Shown piece by piece: positions 57,601 through 64,000 of a stretch of 64,000 nucleotides of DNA. The stretch comes from a virus. How positions within the stretch are numbered: the stretch's first letter is position 1; every line of letters begins with the position of its first letter. The notes below the pieces were generated by a model that saw only the letters and a program-made list of their open reading frames with translations, had not been told where the DNA came from and made no database searches. The position numbers and the translations under genes were made by a program. The stretch lies in the IMG/VR virus record IMGVR_UViG_3300040801_000976, positions 32,001 through 96,000 of that record. One strand, 5' to 3'.

Positions 57601-60032
57601 ATAATACATTATTATCTCAAATAAGTCGTAAAGAAACGGAGACAGATATTATAACTAAAGAATCTTTTGATATACTAGGTGGTATAAACACCGAAACTAC
57701 CACAGTAGGTGATATAGCTAACTTCAAAATATTGTTAAAAAATATTCAAAAAACACATCCAGATTTATACAATGCTTTATTTAATTATAGCTTGATTATA
57801 AACAAAGGTGGTTTAGGTAAATCTTCTTTAACATCTTTATTTGATTTGAAAATATTTGAAGACTTTGAAAACTTTTTAAATACTATTGAAAAGGAAAAAT
57901 TAATAGAAGAAGAATTTCATAGTTTATCTAAAGATGTAAAGGGTTTATTAATTCCTATGTTATTGCAACAATTCCCGACCAAGACCGGTGTAAAAATATT
58001 AGAAAAAACCTTAGATAAATCAGGCCTGACGGATGAAGAATTAGAGCAAGAATTTTCAGAGTCTCAAGAAAGTGAAGAGAATCTACATGAATTCATGGAA
58101 GAGGATTTTTCTAATATTCACAGGGATTATAGAGAGGAGATAGCTAAAAACTACGATGTTAGTAGTATATTATCTGCAAAAATCAGTGGTAATATACACG
58201 CTCCGGATATTTTTAAAAGTAGAACTAACAATTTGGTGTATGCCTATAATGAGAAAGTGAATGATTATGTACCTATAACCAAAACAATATCTAACAGGGT
58301 TATACCTATAGATATAACCACAGATACTGATGTATTAAATAATCTTTCTACAATAGGATATGATTGGGGGTGGGAAATAGAGATGCCTAACGGAACAAAA
58401 GCTAGATTACTAAATCTATCGGACAGGGCCAAAGGTACTTATAATGTACTACAACCCGACGGTACTGTGATACAGATGAAAGATATTGATATTATGACAT
58501 TTAATCCAAATGTTAGATTATATTACGAAGCTATAAAAATCCTACCAGGTAAATTTGAAAAAAAATATCCTTATAATTTTTTCAAAGATAAAAATACTGG
58601 TGATATAACTGTAAATGATGGTGATAGTGCTATACCTATTAAAATCGAAGTAAAAGACACAGATGTAATTAGAAGTTCAGATAAAACAGTATTAACATCA
58701 TACTTGGTAGACCTTATTAATAGTAAGGTAAAAAATAAACCTAAAGAGAATAAAAAATTTGATGATATATTAAAGTTATTTGATGATCTAGTAAATGAAG
58801 TAGAAGTAGCTATACAGCTGTCGTCTATGCCAGATAATACTGATGTGTTTGAAGCTCAACAAGCCATAAAATCAAATCCTAATCCCGCTATCAATCATGT
58901 AAGATCTGTTTTATATAATCTACCTCTGGTACTAAGATATTCATTATTAAGAAAACCTGAATCACAAAAAATAGATTATATTAAAAAGATAGTAGGTTCT
59001 AATATGAATATTACTTCTTGGCCTAAAGTACGAGGTTCTAAAGTAAAAGATATGAGTGTTCCTAAAATATTTGAGTCGGATATAGAATTACTTACCAAGG
59101 AAGAGTTAGCTTCCCAATTACAGATTATGGATTATTTACCTATATTAAAGTGGGTAGGTATTTCAGAGAATGTTTATAGAAAAGCTATAAATAAAAAAGT
59201 TTTGGTAGATGGTAATAAAGTATATACAGATCCAACTATTATAAAAAATATAGACGAAGATGTAAAATTTGATAAAGCTATACCTATTCCAGAAGTAATC
59301 AGACAAAACTCACTAAATAATATTAGTCCTGTAGTTATAGAACGATTGGGTGCTTTTGTTAGAAGTAGATTTACTGGTGTTTCTGTTAAAGTGTTGGGAA
59401 CATCTGATATAGTGGCACAGTATGGTGAAAAATACAATCACGCTGCTTTTGTGAAAGATGGTACTATTGTGTTAAATAGAGACAAAGCCACATTAGATAG
59501 TGCTATGCACGAGATGGGCCACCTATATCTTGCAGAGATTAAGAATTCAGATAAAGAATTATATATCAATTTAATGAGTTTAGCTTCTAGACACGAAGAC
59601 TATAATTTAGTAAAAAAGTTATACCCTGAACTAAGTCCGACAGATATTGCTGAAGAAGTGTTTGTTGGTTTATTATCTAAAAATAAACGATCCAAACTTG
59701 AGAATGCGGTAGTAAATGAGATGGCAAATACATTGTCTGATGAAAATGGGAATCTTTGGGGTAAAGTAATAAACTTTTTTAGAAATTTATTCAAGGGATT
59801 TGTTGGTAATTCAACTATAAATAACGACTTTATCGACTTAGACACTAATTTGACAGAAGCGTTAAACACTATCAGTGATGATATATTATATGGGAAAAAC
59901 TCTAAACTATATAACTTTACATCTAGTTTTAAACAAGATATTAAAAAATCTAATCCTTCATATGAAATGAGTACATCGGAAGCACGCGCTTATTTAGAAG
60001 AAAGAGGTTTCATAAGATGGATTTGTAATTAA
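48615..60032 (+). CDS. Virion-packaged single-chain two-barrel RNA polymerase with C-terminal zincin domain
   Basis: ARIPAQ (55398) and catalytic GADYDIDK (DYDID 55515-55529), as in crAss-like virion RNAPs; SAATDNAK motif; HEMGH at 59508-59522 with downstream EE. Confidence 0.9.
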   Translation: MKRKISCVPTLSSISQRMVNSIKKGKGMAPSELYLFVVKDVMPTILGEQDVRKELDNIAKGEFNSNLGELLMGIGMSINQIAKLSNDKSQTVSTTDMISIWRDTSTKLLANLEPTPGSGVSNISLDENTTQELTSDDEVEAPSKVDTEDIPGEISIRKPLGSKNINEVLDHYLVGDLRKIPDSLQSFFQSMISKVWLSGDNQTNFTSEAIKAKLRDSLNAVVRNYYSGNAVEMITSSIVSRKNFISTDNLNTLIFNAESAIPSDSKLVHEDVDFGIKYYTNSSILGTDNMPMLLVVGEDPTMMLEQFLTNEELFGERAGNNTVIPESLQDGIDRKYSSIDRETVQDNYYIPEVRNTYFAQIINNELDTFIRSYAPMLDSTYKEIFRTSFGDIQSFGSSMANKLTKINISTTPLLYKGREAKDVKSSLGSLKSELSKSSNYYGTLANSSLLSELDTNGNKMISVRLDNKEYSGVMLDLGPKNLIVVNDGNSWLVPISNVDGDVSMVQAQELFRDSSNIDMFYEAAVISAVDFLNRNATDIEGLRNNTTEAKFDKSTFFNIIKNTNTPLTEDVDNINLFSNEGGRKFLQESDLEIASEVFQFLPGNIADASRYLARIASDTSSVYKDIARSLYYRFFKKGKYLVTSINPETGRLETTEQMSMYERYHRFNDTVARNSLISLMVQLRSSSLDNKAMVQDNEFIVTNVQKGTTLQSLISEIENSNTEYFAGKRVTPDKVYENFTVKELRGNEYAIEFYRFSSKSSPDIKFYIKDLGTNNDGRAKGNKFEVVEKDDSSSLNLENIGILSGFMGLPAFLSNKNFYNQLYDDSVTGNDVSNFFANVIALKLANGNKLLGNKNYTSSGASKLALVRSEGDIKHTFANNMYGYTNLLDTTIEKVLGNSKRAYIMSPEGHKLSVSIITNKAKSKQELVDQVKDNKLSESNLYRHSEFATGDMRLTNNGVTKNGIRVGVDGKGNAKLDSLEHVIYLMENAYLAHAEKRNFLEYLSQAGTMSDRTTVNLDGVSFESMQALPVKEGKLDEELLRKKFFEVQRNSQKGINESLLNGWNGFIRKIKSGEIVMNSGNIKLLPNSFTSISSLYNTLEKVKFDRNEVLKKSGLTDKSFIDDSKKIANIRYSIIMMDNVISSQGDGLRSLFLDTYLNTFKQYLKDVEYKISPKAVSILANRFPSALSSSNGFEHNRVIAQEILTRSFFYQDTIAEQNLISILSGNVFQYKSKIPSVFEKLNAKNFKSDIDKLRWLGEQKGYENKSIVESTFAELEKLGSEGNRLGFIKSILDSNLSDKQKLSLLYFDDLYTQITPMYVDRVKRNQGSGTSFQNYVFAADNSSGFLIDKTSKEILVKDPETVVKLLGSGSLSQDIYDAVQMAHPLFFYKHNMSLGDKFSNFRSRSIIKDVNASNFEDTSEYLLQKKATFPMFNWEFIFRGTPEHNNLFSLMNSRIKLDIDGLFLDENPLLPFPNFGTTISEEVLLNHGEYLGELLVDGNKTTASELLYLHNNNEIDLSTLDIKSNKVYKTGFYTLQDIYNYYGGAQGDLDAYNSADNKTAFIEEFPFGWTWFKIGEIITNYRGVENNYPIRNSYISKLGFTSQSKTGSRNINEETILSDKLSKYDEVEYAEIPNRFSGPVLDAEHEPDTTAELSMSEEAQNNMVSMITQVMSASIAQGESFNEVEAMFGALGTLSDLQLNIINEKLSDYEASSSSLNKLSDSVRRYALELAQETMTTRKDPGSTSAFLGLGTERLDKISFDLKQILPLVRQSLNAHLNSQTVRFKMKGGQYIVSPSHDQIKTYSFGKSTNLFRSSMNSGNNDVNSMIVDAVKTDTLPNGWELNTVTSLDQFDRYHTNTDTVFIREDKESVSDLVPVKVSELLKDKSNLISLIENGLISSAWVNPDPGNTVSAKARSIEGNTLSWLNYFKDGKNIYNTDEYYSYYLAGKAPLYLSNLKENTKNNAEYLSKARKFFSDETEGSGVPKLLWARYYYNSLNKNNTLSLSPLLPESSINKAYESFDINNEEQFLKFLNYIKRQKSDPRFFTNQFKSQLQSQLENGNWRAKEAEFYMPPMHQSAFLIDYGDSIQDIIGTQEQPDVERVRDNLSEEEINIITNRFNSSEAQSIKDKLKNTTFLRLKEEQNQHMLDYFLAKINNLEKLSRKSSLKESEKESLMRRSPLFLLQNSVRNKDTLSKAVDKLLTKEVVLANSSNTKDLITLKQELINNRGSASEILDDALLSFKEKWSATLANNFEKSLTFITARIPAQGKQSYTVGKIKNFIYSTRNAIYGPLEMLTVTGADYDIDKQNNMAWDVDDHGTVIDWTPYLDKSGKINAVKINNVINKSTSEFREQLEQLGLTDIDNRVSAFKKNKINFISRAVQNFVVDRLMKGALDPVNGIEAATAVSMRKLGVIKEVMDSFNFENLGIDKYKLTTTDGKYNFSESLVKAIQKRQHALPFSPSTKMIYERVNMDGKTGVGIYASALKAYLATYYAWLKNNSITNYNSTLTNRYTMDDILNASEKELQSIHDAIVDEDTDRTWITFTNKFAPSINRDAKKIPKGTKTDLSLDNNALHFIWKDPETGLFEIKSDIYSLANTGKHMPSVGKTLSKIKTQRAKEVYKRIGFADEQEQVALLSKYMDDLNLLDNYNTESQAWEDLSELLSAATDNAKELILGKIGSNATTSSIISVMVVLGIDLQNALLLINDTKIKDIVSLVEQKSRLLGVKDSYIPALSKLLENKIDKYKPNEELSDEKIEQLVRKSATANTPEKEINARIEKQKVLRKHYNPYEQFMFFTKAADELTKLSRILSINQGLPNSEFEVFNYIRNVEDAIGAPIEEFVGDSNMSAADIDAKRLEIIKKYDVTKTVFNIPYILLKNEHYFSYIKSLLKSNNILKNLSYTVRLVYNDLNTNLPVDKTSVTKSEFTNYINTLTDFVISKFYKSPSVNSIVNLGKYGSYDLSKVSSGDTDIKGRQEFIKEFPDILNNIKKSSEELNNNTLLSQISRKETETDIITKESFDILGGINTETTTVGDIANFKILLKNIQKTHPDLYNALFNYSLIINKGGLGKSSLTSLFDLKIFEDFENFLNTIEKEKLIEEEFHSLSKDVKGLLIPMLLQQFPTKTGVKILEKTLDKSGLTDEELEQEFSESQESEENLHEFMEEDFSNIHRDYREEIAKNYDVSSILSAKISGNIHAPDIFKSRTNNLVYAYNEKVNDYVPITKTISNRVIPIDITTDTDVLNNLSTIGYDWGWEIEMPNGTKARLLNLSDRAKGTYNVLQPDGTVIQMKDIDIMTFNPNVRLYYEAIKILPGKFEKKYPYNFFKDKNTGDITVNDGDSAIPIKIEVKDTDVIRSSDKTVLTSYLVDLINSKVKNKPKENKKFDDILKLFDDLVNEVEVAIQLSSMPDNTDVFEAQQAIKSNPNPAINHVRSVLYNLPLVLRYSLLRKPESQKIDYIKKIVGSNMNITSWPKVRGSKVKDMSVPKIFESDIELLTKEELASQLQIMDYLPILKWVGISENVYRKAINKKVLVDGNKVYTDPTIIKNIDEDVKFDKAIPIPEVIRQNSLNNISPVVIERLGAFVRSRFTGVSVKVLGTSDIVAQYGEKYNHAAFVKDGTIVLNRDKATLDSAMHEMGHLYLAEIKNSDKELYINLMSLASRHEDYNLVKKLYPELSPTDIAEEVFVGLLSKNKRSKLENAVVNEMANTLSDENGNLWGKVINFFRNLFKGFVGNSTINNDFIDLDTNLTEALNTISDDILYGKNSKLYNFTSSFKQDIKKSNPSYEMSTSEARAYLEERGFIRWICN

Positions 60033-60045
60033 TAATTATTATTTC

Positions 60046-60079
60046 GAGAGTACGGTGTAAATTACCGTACTCTTATTTT
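60046..60079 (+). terminator. Hairpin/possible terminator between the RNAP gene and the next giant gene
   Basis: GAGAGTACGGTG-taaat-TACCGTACTCTT followed by ATTTT. Confidence 0.6.
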
Positions 60080-60092
60080 AAACTGAATAAAG

Positions 60093-63000
60093 ATGGCAAA
60101 AGATTGTAAATTTGTATATTTTGATGGTGACGGTAAGCCTTCTGTAGATTACTATAATTATATCAATAAACATGGTCATGTTAATGCAGAAACTAATTAT
60201 ATTAATAAAACTTTAGCATTAGCAACTACTAAGTTTCAAAAAGATATTGATTTGAGAAAAGTACTTGAAGATGAGGCTAATTCTCCTAAATCAGATGTTA
60301 GTTACAAAGCTGTAACAACAGTTATATCCGAACACACACAGGATATTCCTGATGAAGTAGTTACCTTTATGGCTAAACAGCAGCGTACACAAGATATTAT
60401 AAATGAATATAAAGAACAAGGTAATAAAATTGATTGGAAGAAAGCCAATAATCAAGCTACTAAGTTTTTTGAAAAAGAAGATAACGCAGAAATATCTAGT
60501 CTATATAAATCCGAAGTCAGATCTAAATGGTCCAATCAAGCTAAACAGGGAGATTTAGTCCATGAATCTATACAATATGCTTTGGAAGAAAGGGAGGATA
60601 GCGAAGACAAAAGTTTAGGTAAAATACCGGAGTTTGTAGCTAAATCCAGGAGAAAGATGGATGATCGTTACGGTGAAGGAAATCATTTGAGTTTTAACAC
60701 TATTTCTCTAGTATCTGATATTGTAAAGGAAATCACCAATTTAGAAAATAAATACAAGACTACTTTTCAGGTGTTGCCTGAAGCAGAGCTAAAAAGTAAG
60801 AAGTTACAGATAAATAATCAAAAGTTGTCTGGTAAAGTAGATATTTTACTATATTCTCCACAGTTAAATAAAGCTGTAGTGATGGATATTAAAACCAAAT
60901 CTTCGGACAAAGTACATAATTTTGATAATGTTAATCTACCTAAGATGACAGGTCCGTTCTCATCTTTAGTGGGTAATTCCGAAGAGATGGCAAACGTACA
61001 GACCACTATTTATTCTGATATTTTAGAGAATGATTATGGTGTAAATGTATTAGAAACAAAAACTTATGTGGCTACAGGACAACTAAAACAAGATGGTAAT
61101 GAAGTTGGTAATCGTGAGTGGAGATTCTCGTATTTAGATCCCAAAACCACAAAGTTTGTTGAAGGTCAAAGATACTCTGGTTTGACATACGATACTTATG
61201 ATAAAAGTGATAGTGATTTAGAAAAAGATCTAAGTATAGATAAAGCTATAGATTTTTTATTTAAAGGAAAATTCGCCACAACTATAGATAGAAAAGATCA
61301 GTTTGTCGAAAGTCAGATGTCTACTATACAAAAATCAGAAGAGTCTGGTAAATTTTATTGGAGGAATACGTTTGATAGAAGTTTTGAATATGCCGTTACT
61401 ACTGATGAATTAGAGAAAAAAATAAAAAAGGCGTATGATAAATTTTCTGAGAGTAAAAAGACGGCATCGCAGGATTTAATTTATTTGTTTAAACACGGAG
61501 ACGCTCCTAAAGATTCAATATGGAATAACGAATTTTATCGAAGAAAAGCTAATAAACTATTCGAGGGTATAAATCCTGAAACACATATTTTACTAAATAG
61601 TTCTCAAGTAAAAAGTCTAAAGGGTATAGGTAAAGATATACTTATAGCTCAAGACAAGAATACAAAAGAACTTACATTAATGTCTATATCTCCTACATGG
61701 GATATGCAACAATATTTTCACGAAGAGGGTTCGGACGAAGCTAGAACTACCATCCTAGGTCCTTATATGACAGATACCACAGTATCAAAACTATATAATG
61801 AAGGTATAATACCTAAAGCAACAACACACTCTATGAATATGCTGAGATTAGCTTTAGTTGCTGCTGACCTTAGAAAAAACAATCCTTCTTCTATGGGTAA
61901 AGTAAAAAAACTAGTATCTCTAACCGTGATGGGGGAGAGTCATAACTTCAGGACCTCTTCTATGGCAGAACAAATAGCCCTACTTCGTGAATTACATTCT
62001 GTTATTAGCAAAAATAACGGTGATATACCAAAACCTCTGGATGATATTGTGATGGATAAAGATTTACGAGATCCATCTAACTACAATAGTAAATATTTCG
62101 ACGATTTTGTTTCTAGATTTATTCATGACCAAGATGTATTTGGTGGTATTAAGATTAGAAAAGAAACACAACAAGCCATAAATAATCTTAGGAAAACACT
62201 AGAAGAAGCTGGTAAAGACGAGGATAGTTTGTACGGACAATTTCGAGTAGAACAGAGTTTAATGAATTATGGTAAACAAGTATATACAGAAGTAGCTGGT
62301 ATAAAGAATGTATCTCTTACTGAAAAAAAAGCAATTATAGCTGATTCCCGTGTACAAGAAGCTATGAATGCATATTTAGCATATAAGAATCTAAAAGTTA
62401 ATACAGACCCTTTGTTTAAAGGAAAATTTCTACATATGCTTAATTCTGCTAAAACAGCTAACGATCCTTATGCTGATATGTTAGATAAATTAGTAGCTCA
62501 ACATGAACAACGTGTCCGAGAAGATATAATGGAATTTATGTCTGAGCATGATCGTTTGGTAAAAAACCTTGTCAAAAAAGAGGGTATAAATGCTGCACAA
62601 CAAATGGTTTCATTAGATTTTTATGAAAAAATATTTAAACCATTAATGCGAGATGAATACCGATTCGATGAGAATAATACGGAAGATTGGATGAGGTTCA
62701 AAGATCCTAAAGATAAAAATAATGATCTAAACGATGACCAGCGAGCTTATATTGAATTCTTTAATAAACATATTAAAGATGCCTCAAGGGCTATGTTACC
62801 TAAGAAATTATTCACGAACATGTTTCCTGATCCAGAAAGTGGTATAACAAACGATTCTTGGAAAGAAGGTTATTTACCCATTATACCCGGTACTGCTACC
62901 GGCGAGATGCAGAAAACCATGAATATGGAAAATGGACAGGATGTTTTAGAGGTTATAAAAAGATCATGGAGTAAAGCTTTTAAACCAACGGATGATGGCA

Positions 63001-64000
63001 AAATAGAAAAAGAACCATGGAGTTACGAGGCGGCTTTTATGGAACAAGTTGATGCTAATAAAGGACGTGGTACAAGACAAACTAGAAATTTGTTAGGTAT
63101 GACAGATGAAGGAGAAGCTTTACCACAAAAACGAGACGTAGAAAAAAATCCCGTGGTACTATTGAATATGTATGTTGTTAATGCCTTTCGATCTAAACAT
63201 ATGGCTCAAGCAGCGTTTGCATATCATGCTTTAGACTCATCTTTAATAGCTCAAAGTTTGTTAATGAAAGAAGCCGGCGTAGACATAGAGCCTTTACGAG
63301 AAATTTTACGTAATGTTAGTAAGATAAGGATACATAATAAATTCAAGGATGAAGACTTGATGGGGAATATGCTAGACCTAATGAATAGGTTTAGTTCCGT
63401 TGCCTTATTTGCTGGCTCATTACGCCAATTCTTTACAGAAGGAGCTACAGCTACTGCACAAACTGGATCATCTTTGTTAGGAAATGCTTTTAATAATATA
63501 TTATTTAAAGGAGAGAAAAAATATACTGCTAAAGATTATGCCTGGGCTTCAAAACACGTTGGTTCTGGTTTTGGACATCAGGTTATGATTGAATATGGTC
63601 TATATAATTCTGATCTAGGGCAATTCTCATCTTCTGATTATGTAGCTACAAAAAAGAATTCTTTATATCAAACAAAACATTTATTTGCTCCTATACACCA
63701 GGTAATGAAACAATCTTTTCAAACAATTACTATGTCACAGATGCATAAAGAAGGTGTGACGGAGAAAGCGTTTGAGTATAATAAAGATCTTGGTAGATGG
63801 TCTTATAATGAAACTCAAGATCCTAGGTTTTATGTTTACAATGCAACCACACCATTAGAAGGTCAACAATCTAAACCACCAGAAACAAAAGAAGAGTTAA
63901 GCAGGTATAATCTATGGAAAGCGCATAGAACAACAATGCAGCAAGAGGGTAGTGGTATCAAAAATAATCGTATGACACGTCCTTTTACTATCGATCACCT
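60093..64000 (+). CDS. Third giant virion protein with an N-terminal PD-(D/E)XK nuclease domain; 3'-truncated and missing from the ORF track
   Basis: Manual translation from ATG 60093 (MAKDCKF...) is stop-free for 1302 codons. GDLVHE 60549, PE, SGKVD 60828, DIK 60885, QTTIY 60999. Confidence 0.85.
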   Translation, partial: MAKDCKFVYFDGDGKPSVDYYNYINKHGHVNAETNYINKTLALATTKFQKDIDLRKVLEDEANSPKSDVSYKAVTTVISEHTQDIPDEVVTFMAKQQRTQDIINEYKEQGNKIDWKKANNQATKFFEKEDNAEISSLYKSEVRSKWSNQAKQGDLVHESIQYALEEREDSEDKSLGKIPEFVAKSRRKMDDRYGEGNHLSFNTISLVSDIVKEITNLENKYKTTFQVLPEAELKSKKLQINNQKLSGKVDILLYSPQLNKAVVMDIKTKSSDKVHNFDNVNLPKMTGPFSSLVGNSEEMANVQTTIYSDILENDYGVNVLETKTYVATGQLKQDGNEVGNREWRFSYLDPKTTKFVEGQRYSGLTYDTYDKSDSDLEKDLSIDKAIDFLFKGKFATTIDRKDQFVESQMSTIQKSEESGKFYWRNTFDRSFEYAVTTDELEKKIKKAYDKFSESKKTASQDLIYLFKHGDAPKDSIWNNEFYRRKANKLFEGINPETHILLNSSQVKSLKGIGKDILIAQDKNTKELTLMSISPTWDMQQYFHEEGSDEARTTILGPYMTDTTVSKLYNEGIIPKATTHSMNMLRLALVAADLRKNNPSSMGKVKKLVSLTVMGESHNFRTSSMAEQIALLRELHSVISKNNGDIPKPLDDIVMDKDLRDPSNYNSKYFDDFVSRFIHDQDVFGGIKIRKETQQAINNLRKTLEEAGKDEDSLYGQFRVEQSLMNYGKQVYTEVAGIKNVSLTEKKAIIADSRVQEAMNAYLAYKNLKVNTDPLFKGKFLHMLNSAKTANDPYADMLDKLVAQHEQRVREDIMEFMSEHDRLVKNLVKKEGINAAQQMVSLDFYEKIFKPLMRDEYRFDENNTEDWMRFKDPKDKNNDLNDDQRAYIEFFNKHIKDASRAMLPKKLFTNMFPDPESGITNDSWKEGYLPIIPGTATGEMQKTMNMENGQDVLEVIKRSWSKAFKPTDDGKIEKEPWSYEAAFMEQVDANKGRGTRQTRNLLGMTDEGEALPQKRDVEKNPVVLLNMYVVNAFRSKHMAQAAFAYHALDSSLIAQSLLMKEAGVDIEPLREILRNVSKIRIHNKFKDEDLMGNMLDLMNRFSSVALFAGSLRQFFTEGATATAQTGSSLLGNAFNNILFKGEKKYTAKDYAWASKHVGSGFGHQVMIEYGLYNSDLGQFSSSDYVATKKNSLYQTKHLFAPIHQVMKQSFQTITMSQMHKEGVTEKAFEYNKDLGRWSYNETQDPRFYVYNATTPLEGQQSKPPETKEELSRYNLWKAHRTTMQQEGSGIKNNRMTRPFTIDH

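Noticed and set aside
39037-60032. Inteins inflating the giant proteins
   Set aside because: No internal Cys and no recognisable LAGLIDADG or splice-junction blocks; a Ser/Ala-initiated intein was not rigorously excluded.
179-61006. Numerous short minus-strand and nested alternative-frame ORFs in the track
   Set aside because: All are shadows inside long + strand genes, with no recognisable motifs.
1-64000. Stop-codon reassignment (TAG or TGA), known in some crAss-like phages
   Set aside because: Multi-kb ORFs are uninterrupted in the standard code; TAG ends MCP and three other genes, and TGA ends two.
1-64000. tRNA, rRNA or CRISPR loci
   Set aside because: Intergenic gaps are short and none showed cloverleaf or repeat-spacer structure by eye.

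Overview
A 64-kb piece of the late/virion gene region of a crAss-like phage (Crassvirales; probable Bacteroidota host, inferred from AT-rich starts largely lacking Shine-Dalgarno sites and from the gene families). All credible genes are on the + strand in the standard genetic code. Order: mosaic accessory fibre/adhesin genes (1-16.7 kb); a scaffold-like protein and a major capsid gene split by a group I intron carrying a GIY-YIG endonuclease (16.8-20.6 kb); ring, auxiliary-capsid, IHF-like and muzzle genes (20.6-31.8 kb); small cargo proteins including a lytic transglycosylase (31.8-39 kb); and three giant putative ejected proteins: one with an SF1 helicase domain, the single-chain virion RNA polymerase with a zincin domain, and a PD-(D/E)XK nuclease-bearing protein that runs off the window and is absent from the ORF track. 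The most striking pattern: the roughly 8,290 visible residues of the three giants contain only four cysteines, all at the adjoining termini of consecutive proteins, suggesting head-to-tail disulfide chaining. Family assignments come from motif recognition and gene order, not database searches.
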